From Eledone cirrhosa (lineage: Eukaryota), in contig OZ024746.1 of assembly GCA_964016885.1 (NCBI GenBank), forward strand, positions 80,662,001 through 80,726,000: DNA of 64,000 nucleotides, written 5' to 3'. Of the stretch, positions 1 to 13,789 are shown piece after piece. The translations under genes and the position numbers were made by a program. The number at the start of each line of letters is the position of its first letter. Position 1 is the first letter of the stretch. Under the pieces are notes generated by a model that did no database searches, was not told the DNA's origin, and saw only the letters and a program-made list of their open reading frames with translations.

Positions 1-170
1 TGTTTTGAGTTCAAATCCCACTGAATTTAGCTGTACCTTTCATCCTTACAGGGTCGATAACATAAAGTACCAGTAACGTACTAAGGTTGATTTAATTGAC
101 TTCCCGCTCCCCCCCCCCCCCTCCTCCCCTAAAAAAAATTGTTGGCCTTGTGCCTAAATCAGAAACGATT
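1..170 (+). mobile_element. tRNA-derived SINE (family A), partial
   Basis: B-box gagttcaaatccc and core cctttcatccttacagggtcgataa..aagtaccagt, shared with many copies (e.g. 3915, 17485, 47397, 59670-61040). Confidence 0.75.
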
Positions 171-566
171 ATAGGATTGTTTTCTCATGGTGTTGAAAAC
201 CTATATATTGTCTCCAACTTCCCATAACTCTCCTGGGGATTTCTGCTGGTCCTAATAGGCAGCATTTCTGGAGAAATGCTATAGGGCACTCAGTTTTCAT
301 TTCCTTTATACACTAATCAAATTTAAAGGTTACTGTTCCCACGGCATCTACTATCACTACTGGTATGACTTGCACCTTTTTCAATTTCTACCACCATGCT
401 ATCTCATACTTGTTTCTTCACTCGTAAGTCAAATGACCATGAGGGATCTATTATATATCCACATCTCTGTCTTCTGTCCACAACAGTCATGTCTGGCTTA
501 TTGTGCTCTAACACCATGTCTGTCTTTATTGCAAACTCCCATAAGATTTTACTGTTTTCTGATTTA
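170..566 (-). mobile_element. 5'-truncated R4/Dong-type non-LTR retrotransposon relic (RLE domain) in groucho intron
   Basis: Minus-strand translation gives SENSKILWEFAIKTDMVLEHNKPDMTVVD..IIDP, KVQVIPVVIVDAVGTV and QKCCLLGPAEIPRRV, matching the KPD..D / VIPVVIGALG / LQK..LLGTA motifs. It abuts an (ATT)n tract at ~570-597. Confidence 0.75.
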
Positions 567-721
567 ATTACTATTATTATTATTATTATTATTATTGTGG
601 AATAATTGCTAGTGTCGGATTGTATGACTTGCAGTATTTATTTTTGTTCCCTTTACTGTGAGTTCAAATCACACCAAGGTCAATTTTGTCATTAGTCGTT
701 AAAGAGTCAGTAGCATACTGA

Positions 722-1075
<354 letters not shown>

Positions 1076-1937
1076 TGAAATATTTTTGGTTTTTCTTATG
1101 TTAACAAATATTGATAAATTTTCTTTAAGAAGCTGGAATCAAAAGAAAAAAAGAATATATCTGCTTTTCCATGCTGTCATAGATTAGATGAGACCTTTTT
1201 ATGTAGCCCGATATCTTTCTAGATGCCAACTTATATTGTTTTAAAGCATGGTGCTTATTCCACTGGGTGTCACCTGTTGAACCAGGACATAAACTGGTCC
1301 AGTTGTTTCAGGTGTCAGCATGACAACACATGTAGAATTAAACATACACATGACAGTTGTCTTTATAGTTTCTGTTTACCAAGTTATACCAACTTCCCTA
1401 GTGTTGGTGATCTACACAATAAAAGCACCCAGTACATGCTGTAAAGTGGTTGGTGTTAGAAAGGGCATCTGGCCATAGAAAGCTTGCCAAACAAGGGGTT
1501 AGAGGGGACCCTCCAGTTTGTGTCAAAAGATACTTCTCCTCTGCACACCATTTCACTGTCTAGGAGGTCAGTACTGACTTGGTCTATGTAGATCTGTCCA
1601 GCCCTTGCTAGCAGGGAAAACAGACATTAAAGGATGATGATTCTCAAAGCATTGATCAGCTCAACTCTATAGTAGATAGAACTTGTACAAAGTGACATGC
1701 AGTGGAACTCAATCTGAGAAAACCAATTGGTTGCAAAATAAACTTCTTAACCCGCAATTATAAAATAAAATATATATTTTTCATACAACCATTGTAACAT
1801 CTGTAATTCTACAAAAAAAAAAAAAAAAAAAAAAGAAATTGTGAGAGGTGAGATTTATAATATGTAATTGTTCTGACACTATAAACCAGTGGACACTATG
1901 TCTCTGCTATTTAATATGTCTAGTTTTATGAGACTAA

Positions 1938-2132
<195 letters not shown>

Positions 2133-3027
2133 AAAATAAAAATTAAATAATAATAAAAAAAATAGAATTATAATAAACCACACACATTTTTTTAAAGAAT
2201 GCAAAAAATAACAAAACAACAAAAAGAATTTTGTCTCTTGACTTTAAAAAAAAAAGCCAAAGAAAAACAAAATCTTTGTAGTTGTCAAACTTGTTTTTTT
2301 TTTTTAAAAGAAAAAACAAACAAACAAAAAAACTCAGTTGTTTTAAATAAACAATAGTTTGGCATGGACAAGTTACAACACATCAACACTAAGAGGTGAC
2401 CGAAACAGGCAGACCAATAATTCTTCAATAGTTAAATAGCAAGAGCCAATGAGTCTCTGCTGTTTCAGTGATGTGAATGAGCTGTTGATGATGATGATGA
2501 TACTGTTGTTGTTGTTATGGTTTATTGTTCACAATGATATATATGTATGTGTGAGTGTGTGTGTGTGCGTGTGCATCATAACAGCTATGAAACTGGTTTG
2601 GAGAAATAACATTCACATTTCTGTTGTTGCCACCACCTCCAACTTCGTTTCCCATTCTGTATGTAAAAAAAAAAGTACACACACACTCAGACAAAACTGT
2701 TTAATATCTTAGTTATGTTTGTAAAAAATTGACACAAACAAAAAAGAATTTATCAACCAAATTAAAATTTAACAAAAAAAAAAAACACTTTGAAGAAACA
2801 AAACTCAAAAACAAAGCAAGCAATTTTGTATTTGAATTCTTCAAGACAAATTTTAACAACAACAACAGACAACTCCTGAAGATCTCTTGATTTCAAATAT
2901 TTACCATTTGTTTGATGAGATCCCTAAAGAAAGTTTTTTTTAATAAAAAGAATAAAAGAACAATTAAATCAAATTATATTTAAAACAAAATGAAAAACAA
3001 ACTTGTTCATTTAAATATTTGCCAATA

Positions 3028-3560
3028 CAGCAACACATCTACACTTACATTAACCTCTGGCTGGGTTCCACCAGTACAACACATCTGCACTTACAGTAAC
3101 CTCTGGCTGGGTTCCACCAGTACAACACATCTACACTTACAGTAACCTCTGGCTGGGTTCCACCAGTACAACACATCTACACTTACAGTAACCTCTGGCT
3201 GGGTTCCACCAGTACAACACATCTACACTTACAGTAACCTCTGGCTGGGTTCCACCAGTACAACACATCTATACTTACAGTAACCTCTGGCTGGGTTCCA
3301 CCAGTACAACACATCTACACTTACATTAATCTCTAGCTGGGTTCCACCAGTACAACACATCTACACTTACATTAATCTCTAGCTGGGTTCCATTAGCACA
3401 ACACATCTACACTTACATTACACATAGGTACAGTAGATGGGCTCTACCAACATAAAACAACACATCTACATTAACTTTTACAGTTATAGAAGCTGGGTCC
3501 ATCAACATACATACACTTACAGTAATCCATAGCTGGGTTCCATCAACACAACACACACTT
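3028..3560 (+). repeat. 46-bp minisatellite (~8.5 good copies plus degenerate copies)
   Basis: Unit cagtacaacacatctacacttacagtaacctctggctgggttccac recurs every 46 nt (3071, 3117, ...). Confidence 0.95.
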
Positions 3561-4507
3561 ACAAATCAACATCACAGATGTGTTATGAACATTTGAGAAA
3601 TTTTACTACAAAGTGAAAAGAGAAACTACCTCTGCATGTGAGGTTGGCAACTGCTTGGACTGGGACAAAAATTGTTACACCTTATTTCATTTGTATATGT
3701 TCACAATATTCACTCCCTCACACATACACATAATTCGATTGAAACTGCTTCGTTTTTGAAAGAGGTCTTTGAAAGTTGTGGTTTATAAAGAAATATTTTA
3801 TTTTGTTTGGTAAAAAGCGTATGTTACGTATTCATATTTAACTTCAAATGAGGTGGTGAATTGACAAGAGTTACTAGGCCATCAGATTTTTAAAAAATGC
3901 CTCGGTATTAGTTCTGGTTCATCGCGTTCTAAGTTCATAACCCGCCGAGGTTAACTTTGCCTTTCAACTTTTCGAAGTTGATAAATAAAGTACTAGTCCA
4001 GTACTGGGGTCGATTCTTCTTCTATGTTTTTTTTTATCGCTTTCTCTCTTTCTCTGGAAGAAATCGGCTGTGTTCTGACCTGGAGAGGGATGGGCTCCTT
4101 CAGGTTTAAAAAGTCAAAATGGCGCCCATACGACCCCATCAGGAGCTAAGAGCCTTTACCCCCCCCCTCCTCTTTTTTTTTTTTTTTAAATTTAACTTCA
4201 TGCTCAGACACTCTCTAATTCACTCACTCATATACACATTTTCTCAACCCATCCCACTCTCTTCCATTAAACGCCCCATTATTTTTTTTTTCTTTTGTAA
4301 TTTATTAACTCCCCCCACCAACACACATACGAAAAAATAATCTTAAATCATTTGTCACGTTTTCCTCCTTCGCTCCTCGGGGAATACCAGGCAGCATAAT
4401 AATACTTTTAAGAAGGGAGTTGTAGAAGACACACGCACACACACGTGTGTATATATATGTATGTATGTATGTATATATATATATATATGTGTGTGTATAT
4501 ATATATG

Positions 4508-4556
<49 letters not shown>

Positions 4557-4654
4557 AAACATATATATACACACATGCACATGCACACTTCTCCATTGGA
4601 CACCTCACCTGGGACATAGTCATCTCATTCTTATTGTACTGTTTACAAACACAC

Positions 4655-4882
4655 ACGTGGCCTAGGGGTTAGGATGTTGGACTCAGGGTCATAATGTCAT
4701 TGGTTCGATTCCTGGACTGGGTGGCATGTTGTGTTCTTGAGCAAGATACTTCATTTCATGTTGCTTTTCATGATAGGACTGGGGACCCTATCATTAAATC
4801 ACCCAAGAAACCTCCTGTGAGATGCAACCTCATAGGAGACCATCTAAACCTGCATCGGAATCAGCTGTAAATTTCATTTCAC
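4655..4882 (+). mobile_element. tRNA-derived SINE (family B, CORE-like body)
   Basis: A/B boxes (tggcctaggggttagg, ggttcgattcc) and ttgtgttcttgagcaagatactt; colinear copy at ~56840-57065 and partial copy at ~5855-6040. Confidence 0.7.
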
Positions 4883-7490
4883 ACACACTTTTATTTCCCT
4901 TGAAGCCAGCTGCTGTAAGACAGACTAGTCTTGCTGTTTTAATATATGTATAGTGAACAATTTCAGTATTTTCATATTTTCAACATTTTCAGAATGCACA
5001 GCAATGAGTTTTAATTTTTTTTTTTTTTTTTTTCAACTCATCATCATCATTGTCATCACCCTCTCCTCTCATTTTTTTTTTTTTCCTTTTCCTTAATTCA
5101 TTTTCTGAATTGTAAAGAAATGTGATATATTTCCCACCACCTCCACATCCCCACTTTTTTTTTTTATTTCTCTTTCTTCCCCTATATCCAACTCCTCTCT
5201 CTTGGCAACTCTCATTTCTCTTTAGATATTAGGCATTATCTTTTCTCAATCCTATTCTGAGTTTCTTTCAAAATATTTCATTGATTTAGTTAACCCTTTT
5301 GCGACTATATTCCCAGTGAAATACACTCTATTTCAATTAAGAATTTTGGGGATTTACTAAAATTATTTCATTATTAAGATAGTAACTTAACATGTGGTTC
5401 TCATAAGAAAATGATGTTGAAAGATTTTAATTTAACTAGGAGCCATTAAAATGGGTGATTTTGTTTAATAGGACCAGAACTATTTCAATAGAATCATTGA
5501 CAGTAAAATAAATTAAAATTTATCTGTTTTTGCTATGGTAATATAGCTTTATCATAGCTATTATTATGTAACAACATTAGAACATTCTAAAAATAAATAT
5601 TTTCTTTTATAAACATGCCACAGATGCATATTGCCCTAAATATTTCTGTTGAGTTTTTCTTTTTCTGTCCACATAGAAGTTATAGTATCTCAGTATAAAT
5701 AAAAAATGAAGTGCAGCTTGTAAGAATGCAAGTGGAATAAGAGTTTAAAGAAATCTAGAATTTTTTTCAAATTTGTCAAATTATTTAGTTCACATACCAG
5801 AGGATTCAATCTTGAACTTTCACTTTTTTCACCATTCTTTCGAATTTTTGCATACTTAGTGGTTAGAGTATCGTACTCTGGTTCATAAGGTCATGGGTTC
5901 GATTCCTAGACTGGGTGGCATGGTTTATTCTTCAGCAAAACACTTCATTTCATGACACTTCAAAGGACTGAGGCTCTTATTAAAACACTGGAGAAACTTA
6001 GATACATTGTAGGAGACCAGCTAAAACTACATAGGTGTGTGCTGCAAATTCCATGGCGTAAGGATTGTCTGATTTTTTTTTTTTTTTTTTGATTTTTTTT
6101 TGTAGGGGGGGGAAGTCATCTGTTTATATATACCTCGCATATGTATAAAATGTTTAGATTTTTTTTCGTTATTTTTGTAAATTTAAACCATTTGTTTATC
6201 TTCATGGATCACTGCACATCTGTTGACATTTGGGTAAATAATTACTTGAAGTTAATACCTTCTAAACATTAACTATAATGGATTTCTATAACATAACAAA
6301 ATTATTCTATCTTGGGAAAAGAGTTTCTCAATATAAGCAAATACTTTAATTTCCTTTCAATTATGTTATTGAGAGAGGTGTAGAAATAATGCTATTCAAT
6401 TTCATTTCTCTCTTTCTTTCCCTTTCTATACAAATCTTGAGGTGTTTGTATCTATACTGACAGGTTTAATAGATGGGAAGAATACGCTTTAGCTTAATTA
6501 CTTTATACACTCCTCTACACAAGTATTTCTCCTAGGTAAAAATATCCATGTAAAACAATACCATTAATTACATCCTTCATAAAGGTGTCATGGAAATTAA
6601 TTATTTTTTTCTTTTATGGACCATCATTTAATAACCTCTTTCAGCTCTAGTGATAATACTGAGCTATGACTTTACTGTCATATTGGACTGTTAAAGCCTG
6701 TTTTCAGTAAGATATTTGGCTAGCTTTGTGATAATACCACAAAACTAACAGTGGGTTGAAAACGAAAGGCCAGAAATTTCACTTGGTATGAACAACTAGT
6801 AAGTTAATCAAACTATATTTGCTTTAAAAACAAAGCAAAACTAAATAAATGTTTAACTAAACCAGCTTAGTGACTTCATAAGAATAGCTTCACACACACA
6901 CACTGAAAACTTTTCATTATCTACCTCTGCCAAATGTTGAATTAACATATAAAAAATACTTTTTTTATGGACCAATAAAATTCCAAACATTTCCTTTTGG
7001 AATGTCCCTGCAGCCATTTCAGTGGTGGTGTGTATAACTCTGTCTTTCTCTCTCTCACACACACATAGGTGCTTAGAATTATTCTAGTGTTCGTTTATTT
7101 TTTCCTCTTATACCTCTGTAAAGAGTATGTATACAGCTGTCATGGTGTCCTGTCTATTATATAAGAAATCTTCCTTTCAACTCTCTTCATAAACTCCAAG
7201 TAAATGTATGTATGTAATATGTGTGTATGTATATATGTACATATGTATGTATACTTAGGTTCATAACTTTGAATTTGTGCATGCATATCAATTATGTTCT
7301 AGTAAATTATTCCACTCTCTCTCTCTTTCTCTCTCATACACACACACCTTAAATGTTTTCATCTGACATTTCCAGTTATTCTTTGATTCCTATCTTCACA
7401 TTATACATCTCTTATTTCATTGTTCTCAAGGGTAGTGACATATAATCAATGTGGAACATATTTGTGTACACCTCCTCCTTTTCCTCCTCC

Positions 7491-7560
<70 letters not shown>

Positions 7561-8462
7561 TACATACATACATACATACAGGCAGGATTATCTCTTATAG
7601 CCTGCATTTCTTATTTTATTTTTCTAAACCTGTGTGAACGTGTGTTGCATGTTCAAGTCTGTGTGTGCAGGTCTATTTAGAATGAATTGGTGTAGCTGCC
7701 CACTTTATGAAAAGCCAAGCTTTCTGCCAAACTCCTAACTCTTCAGCCTTCTAAATGTAAGGTGAGGCTTTTGTTACAAGGGTGTTTTGATGTTAATTGC
7801 TTTAAGGATTAAGTCAATAGAGAGATGGTGGATAGTCACAACTATTGATATATTTCATAGCACATCATTTCAACTGACCACTTTCAGTTTCTGCTGTCAT
7901 CATCACATGCACTTTACATTCATTTCTCCTTCACAATTTGTACATCTCATCATCAACCAACCCTTCTTATTCTACTTCTTCATCATCATCATCCATTTTC
8001 TTCCTACAAGAAGTGGGGCTGGGCTGGGTGGGGTGGGCTCGGGAAGGGGAGGGGGAGGGGTTGGATTCATTGAAATTTTTATTTTTTATTGGCCCACTTC
8101 AACAACTCACTCATACAGTGCACCAGTCATGTCAGCCAACCAACCAACCAACCAAAAGACAGTAAATTATCTGTAGCAGCCATGTTCTGCTCTCTCTTTT
8201 TTCCTAGCCGTCCTCCGTCTCGCCTCCCAGGGTATCTCTGTGGAAGGGACAGGACCACTGATAAGCAGGCTAGTAGTAGCAGTAGTAGCAGCTACTGCTA
8301 TGTGTAAATCAATTGTATCAAAAATTTAAAAAATTAAAAAAAAAAAAAAGACAGGGAAAAAAATAATTTGGAAAAACCCAAAACAAAAAAAAAAATGGAA
8401 AGGAATATATATATAAAAAGTAAAAATGAAAATTATTCCAATTGTACAGACTGTCAGACTGT

Positions 8463-8530
8463 AATAAAGTTTCAGATCACTGAATTGTATTTCTGTTGTA
8501 TTTTATATCTTTTATTCTTTTCTTGGTTTC
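8463..8530 (+). terminator. Candidate distal polyadenylation signal
   Basis: AATAAA at 8463-8468 followed by ttgtatttctgttgtattttat...ttcttttcttggttt, a U/GU-rich downstream element. Confidence 0.45.
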
Positions 8531-8567
8531 AGTCAGACTGGTCGTGCAGGGCCTTGAAGAGATTTAG

Positions 8568-8995
8568 TTAACCCTTTAGCATTTACATTACTCTATATTT
8601 ACTATTATATTTTCATGGTAAAGGCTTTACCTTACATAATATCGAATCTATGAGATTTTGATATTATTTATTTTGAGAACAATACCTTAATGTCAGTATG
8701 AGCAGCTGGTTTAACACTTTAGCATTCAAACCGACCATATCCAGCCAGAATTCTCTCACCTCTTTCTGTTCAAACCAGCTGTAACTGGCCACTCACACTG
8801 ATGTTAAGGTATTGTTCTCGAAATAAATAATATCAATCTCATAGATTTGATATTATGTGAGGTAAAGTCTTTACTGTGAAAATACATTAGTAAATATAAT
8901 AGTATATATAGAACAATGTAAATGCTAAAGGGTTAAACTGAAAGATGTGAGAGAATTCTGGCTGGATACGGCTGGTTTAAATGCGAAAGGGTTAA
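8568..8995. mobile_element. piggyBac-type MITE with a second copy nested in opposite orientation
   Basis: Outer element TTAA-ccctttagcattta ... taaatgcgaaaggg-TTAA; inner copy bounded by TTAA at 8711-8714 and 8933-8936. Confidence 0.88.
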
Positions 8996-11900
8996 TCATC
9001 TCAACCCCAATACCTTGTCGATTCGTTGTGGAACCAAAATACAGACATAGAGGCATACATATAAAAGTAGTATGGAATTCCATCAGTTTCAACAAGTGTT
9101 CCAGTTGATTGATCAATGGAATAGTCTACTCATGAAGTCATATAAGTGGCTGAGCATTCCACAGACAATTGTCCTCTTAACAATTTTCAGGAATATTCAG
9201 TGTTACACAGTAGTCGATCTGGCCCACTTCCAAACAGTCCTTGTCTATTCAATTTCACTCATAAAGCTTGGTAAATGTTACTTGACCAAGATGCCGTGCA
9301 ATGGGAATGAACCTGGAACTAAATGATTGTAAAGTGAACCTCTTAACCCTACGGCCATGCTGTGTCCATAAATATAGTATATACCCAGTCTACCCTGCAA
9401 GGTGGTCATGCTGGTGACGCGATAAAAAACATCCAGTCCACTGTAAAATGGTTGTGCTAGTGACCCAACAAAACCATTCAGTCCATCCTGTAAGGTGGTA
9501 ATGTAGGTCACACGAGAAAAAATAACTCTCTCCACCCTGTAAGGTAGTTATGCTAGTGACATGATAAAAACCACCCAGTCTGTCCTGTTAGATGGTTGTT
9601 TTGGTGTCAATAAAAATTATCCAGTTCATGCTGTAACATGATTGGTATTAGGAAGGGCATCCAGCTGTAGAAACCAAGCCAAAATACAGATCTGTATAAG
9701 CAAGATCTGGTCACCTGACCTGACTTGCCTCATAATGTGACAACTTGTCTAATACATACAAGCATGGAAAATAAATATATATAACAAGCTTCTTCAGTTG
9801 CGGTTTACCAAATTGTACTCTACATGTGGCTGTAGTCAAGACACTTGCCTAAGAGGCTGTGTAATGGGAGTGAGTCTGAAACAATATGATTGTGAAATGA
9901 ACTCCTTAACCACACAGCCATTCCTATGCCTATATCCTGTTGGTTGTCAGTGACTTGTTGGGAAATCGTTGATTTCATAAACTAACCCCTCTAAAGGAAA
10001 AGGGGCAAAGTTAATCTCAGCATGATTTTAAACATCTCCAAATCCACCAAAAAATAATTTCTTATGATTTGAGAAATATGGGATGCTGTGACATGCATAC
10101 CTATCTGACAAACATTGGTTATGTCACTGAAGTGAAATTGGCTTCCGTTGGAAGTCACAGCCAGGCTGCTTATTCAACTTGCTTGAAGCCTAATTCTATA
10201 ATACTTACTTAACACAATAAATATTGATTTCTTCACATAGTTATTATAAAAGCCTCAAGCAAGAAGTATTAAGTGTTCTTGCCTTGGGACACAACATAAA
10301 CAAATGTAGACTTAAATATTACCTTGCTCAAAAATGTGGTTGCTCGATGTGCTAGAAATAGAAAATAAATCAGATTTTGCACACCATCAAGTCTAGTTAA
10401 CTATAGTGTTTGAAAGACACTTCTGCCAACACAATGTCTAAATATATATATATATATATATACATCATCATCATTTAAAATCTATTTTCCCCAATAGCAA
10501 GTATTGGATGGGTCATCACAGACCAAGTCAGTATTCAGGCAGAGCTGCTGATTTCTTAGATAAGCCAAGGGTCTGCATTTTAGATATGTTCCCACATTCT
10601 ACCAAGTACTTGGACAAACCAGAGGACTGCATTTCATATACATACATTCCCCAGTTTGTTAATTCTGTCTTCCTTCCTTTATTTATTGATACCATTTCTT
10701 TTAAGCCAATGATTTGCTATATAGACAAATGTTGATTTTTAATTGTGTGTAGTAGAAGTCAAAATATTGTTATCAGAGCTAAGCAGACTTATAAGTAATG
10801 GTATTCTATCTGAGACTACCTCATCTGGGGGTTTTTTGTTGTGTCACTAGCATAACTATCTTACAGAGTGGACTGAGTTTTTTTCTCGTGTGACTAACAT
10901 GACCACCTTACAGGATGGACTGAATGGTTTTTGTTGTGTCACTAGCATGATAACCTTACAGTGGACTGGATGGTTTTTATCATGTCACCAGTATGACCAC
11001 CTTACAGATTGTGTACATATGATGTCATATTGTTTTACAATGCAACAAGTTCTGGAGTGATGGGTGTAGATAATTGATAAATTCCCTGATTTTTTACTGG
11101 TACTAATATTATCCATCCAAAAAGGATGAAAGGCAAAATTAAGTTTGGAATATCAAAAAACTTCAATAAATCCTAAAAGGGATTTTGTCTATTGTGCTAC
11201 CAATTCTGTCATCTACTTCACTCTCATATATCATCACCATTAATGTTTTACATCTATTTTCCATGCTTGCTTGGGTTAGATAGTTGTCACATTCTGAGGC
11301 TAGACAGGTCAGATGACTGTGTTTTGCTCATATGTTCCATTCTGGCATGCTTTCTACAGTTGAATGCTCATCCTAATGCCATTTGAATATAAAAATATTT
11401 AATATTATAGTACTGAGATATGTAGTATGGCTGTGTGGTAAAAAAAGTTGGTTTGCTTACATATTTGCTTCATACTTGACCATAGATTCAGTATTCACTT
11501 GGCTGCCTAATTTGCACTTATGTTAGATTGAGACAGCTTTACTTAAACCCTTGAACTCTGATCTTTGACTTATGTGCAATCAAAAACCCTGACCCTCCAC
11601 CTGAGAATCACTGAAAAAGATATTTGTCAATTATACCTGAAAAAAAGGTAATAAATATACAAACTTACTGAATACCTTACTGAAGAACTCAGACTAAATC
11701 AACAAAATAAACAATTGCAGATTTGTGCAGACAGCAGTGTAAGTAACAGTAGTAAACTGAAGTGTGTGGCAGAACAGAATACTAGGATGGCAGGCCAGTG
11801 GGTTCAAAGTGGTTAACATCCTTGTCTTTCCCCAGATAAGAACTTGAAACCCATGAGCATACATACATAAAGACATACATCAACTGAGCCACTTGGCCAC

Positions 11901-13789
11901 TTCAACTCTGATATTTGACTGTAGCCAAAAGAGCAACTATCAAAGACAACAAAAGAAAAACTGCAGAAAACTGCTCAATCTCTGGAACAGTATAAGTGTT
12001 ACTGGCTTTTATATGTCAAAGTACTTATCAAACTAACTTCCCTGAGAAACAAACAGCTGTTAAGACAACAACAGCTTATCTTCATGTCTGCCTATTATAG
12101 TAAAACTTTTAATGGTAAAAGAAAGAATTGGATAGTGAGAAAATATGGATTCTATATTTATGAGAGGTGGTGTCAATACTGTATCTCAGCATTTAAAATT
12201 ACAATGGAAATTTAGCTCATTTTGTCTCTCCTTATAGTAAATCGAAATATTTTGTCAATAATGATTTTTAAATCTATGTGCATTTTATTCTAGTTTAAAT
12301 TTTGGTACTTTACTATCCACCTGTCTCCACAAACAGATAGGAATAAGAATATGTTGCACATATTGATTAATGGACTTTGTGAATTGGTATCTAGTCTTAT
12401 ACTAATATTGATTTCTAATTTAGGCACAAGGTCAGTAAATTTGGGAGAAAGACAAAGTCGATTAAATTAATCCCAGTACTTGACTGGTACTTTATTTTAT
12501 AGTCTTGTACAAGTATTATAATATGATACCTGCAGTAGGTTATAATATAAGATACAGGAACTTGGTATCTCTTTCATTCAACTAATTAAGCTAACACCAA
12601 GTTTGAATAAGGATTTTGTTGTCTATTTTTAATGTGAGGCATAAGGAAAATTTCCAGATGTATTAAAAAGAACATAATTATAGTTGAATGATTTGACCCC
12701 CTAATTAAATTACTGAACCTTATTTTGTTGATCTTCAATCATCATCATATGTTCAATTTTCCATGCTGGCATGGGTTGGAGAGATCATTACAGACCAAGA
12801 AAGTATTTAATCAAAGCTACTGTCCTCCTTGACCAGCTGGGAGCCATGTCTTGCTTACATATATTCCAGTTTTGGCTTGGTTTCTATAGCTGGATGCTCT
12901 TCTTAAACCACATTACAAAGTGTAACAAGTGAATTTTATTCTGGTCCTAGCACAAATGAGGTTGCCATATCCTTGACATTATTGGAGAATCTGCCCAATC
13001 CTTTTTTGCATGGTTTCTATGATTAGATACCCTTCCTGATGCCAACCACTTTACAGAGTTTACTGGGTTCATTTTATCATGGCACCAACACTAAAGCGGT
13101 TGTGAAGTCCTTGACATGACTGAAGCATCCTTCCAACACCATAGCTTTTTGGTGTATAAAATCATTAATAAAAATATCGTTATCAACCTTCTGGGCACTC
13201 TAAGCACATTATGACAACAATAGAGTAATCTCCCCTTAATACATAATGCAGTGTCAAGGGAAGCAATTCATAAAAAAATTCAGCATGTTAAAGATTAAAC
13301 TGGCATTAACAAAGGTTCTCATAAAATTATGATGGAAGATTTTAGAATAAATATAAACGTTTTAAAATAAACAGTTTTGTATCATAGAACCATGCTAAGT
13401 TTCAATCAGTTTGGTATCAAAAAGGTTAAACTGTAATTTTTATATGATCGCTGGTGTAATCTATTGTGTGTTGATATAATTTCACCTTTCTCTTCTACCT
13501 GTTTATTCTTTTACTCTTTAACTGCTTGAGGTCATTACACTGTGGTCAGGCTGGGAAATTGCCTTGGGTTAATTGATCATATTGATCTCCAATATTTATT
13601 TTTTCACATCTGGTACTTATTTTATCAATTTCGTTTTTGTCATACCACTAATTATGATACATGGGACATAAATACTGACACATGCAAATGTAAACATAGA
13701 TTTACAGACACTCACATACACACATACACACATGCACATTTAACCCATTCGAGAATAGAAAATAGGTGTAAAATGGTGATGATATATAT

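Larger units (their letters stand above)
2133..8490 (+). other. Putative long 3' UTR of groucho/TLE
   Basis: A/U-rich, comparatively TE-poor sequence from the stop codon to AATAAA at 8463-8468, followed by a GT/T-rich tract; dense TE relics start right after. The extent is inferred, and proximal AATAAA signals also exist (e.g. ~2136, ~2152). Confidence 0.45.

Noticed and set aside
5121-6733. K-box (TGTGATA at 5121, 6727) and Brd-box (AGCTTTA at 5545) in the groucho UTR
   Set aside because: These 7-mers are expected about this often by chance in 6 kb of AT-rich sequence; conservation data would be needed.
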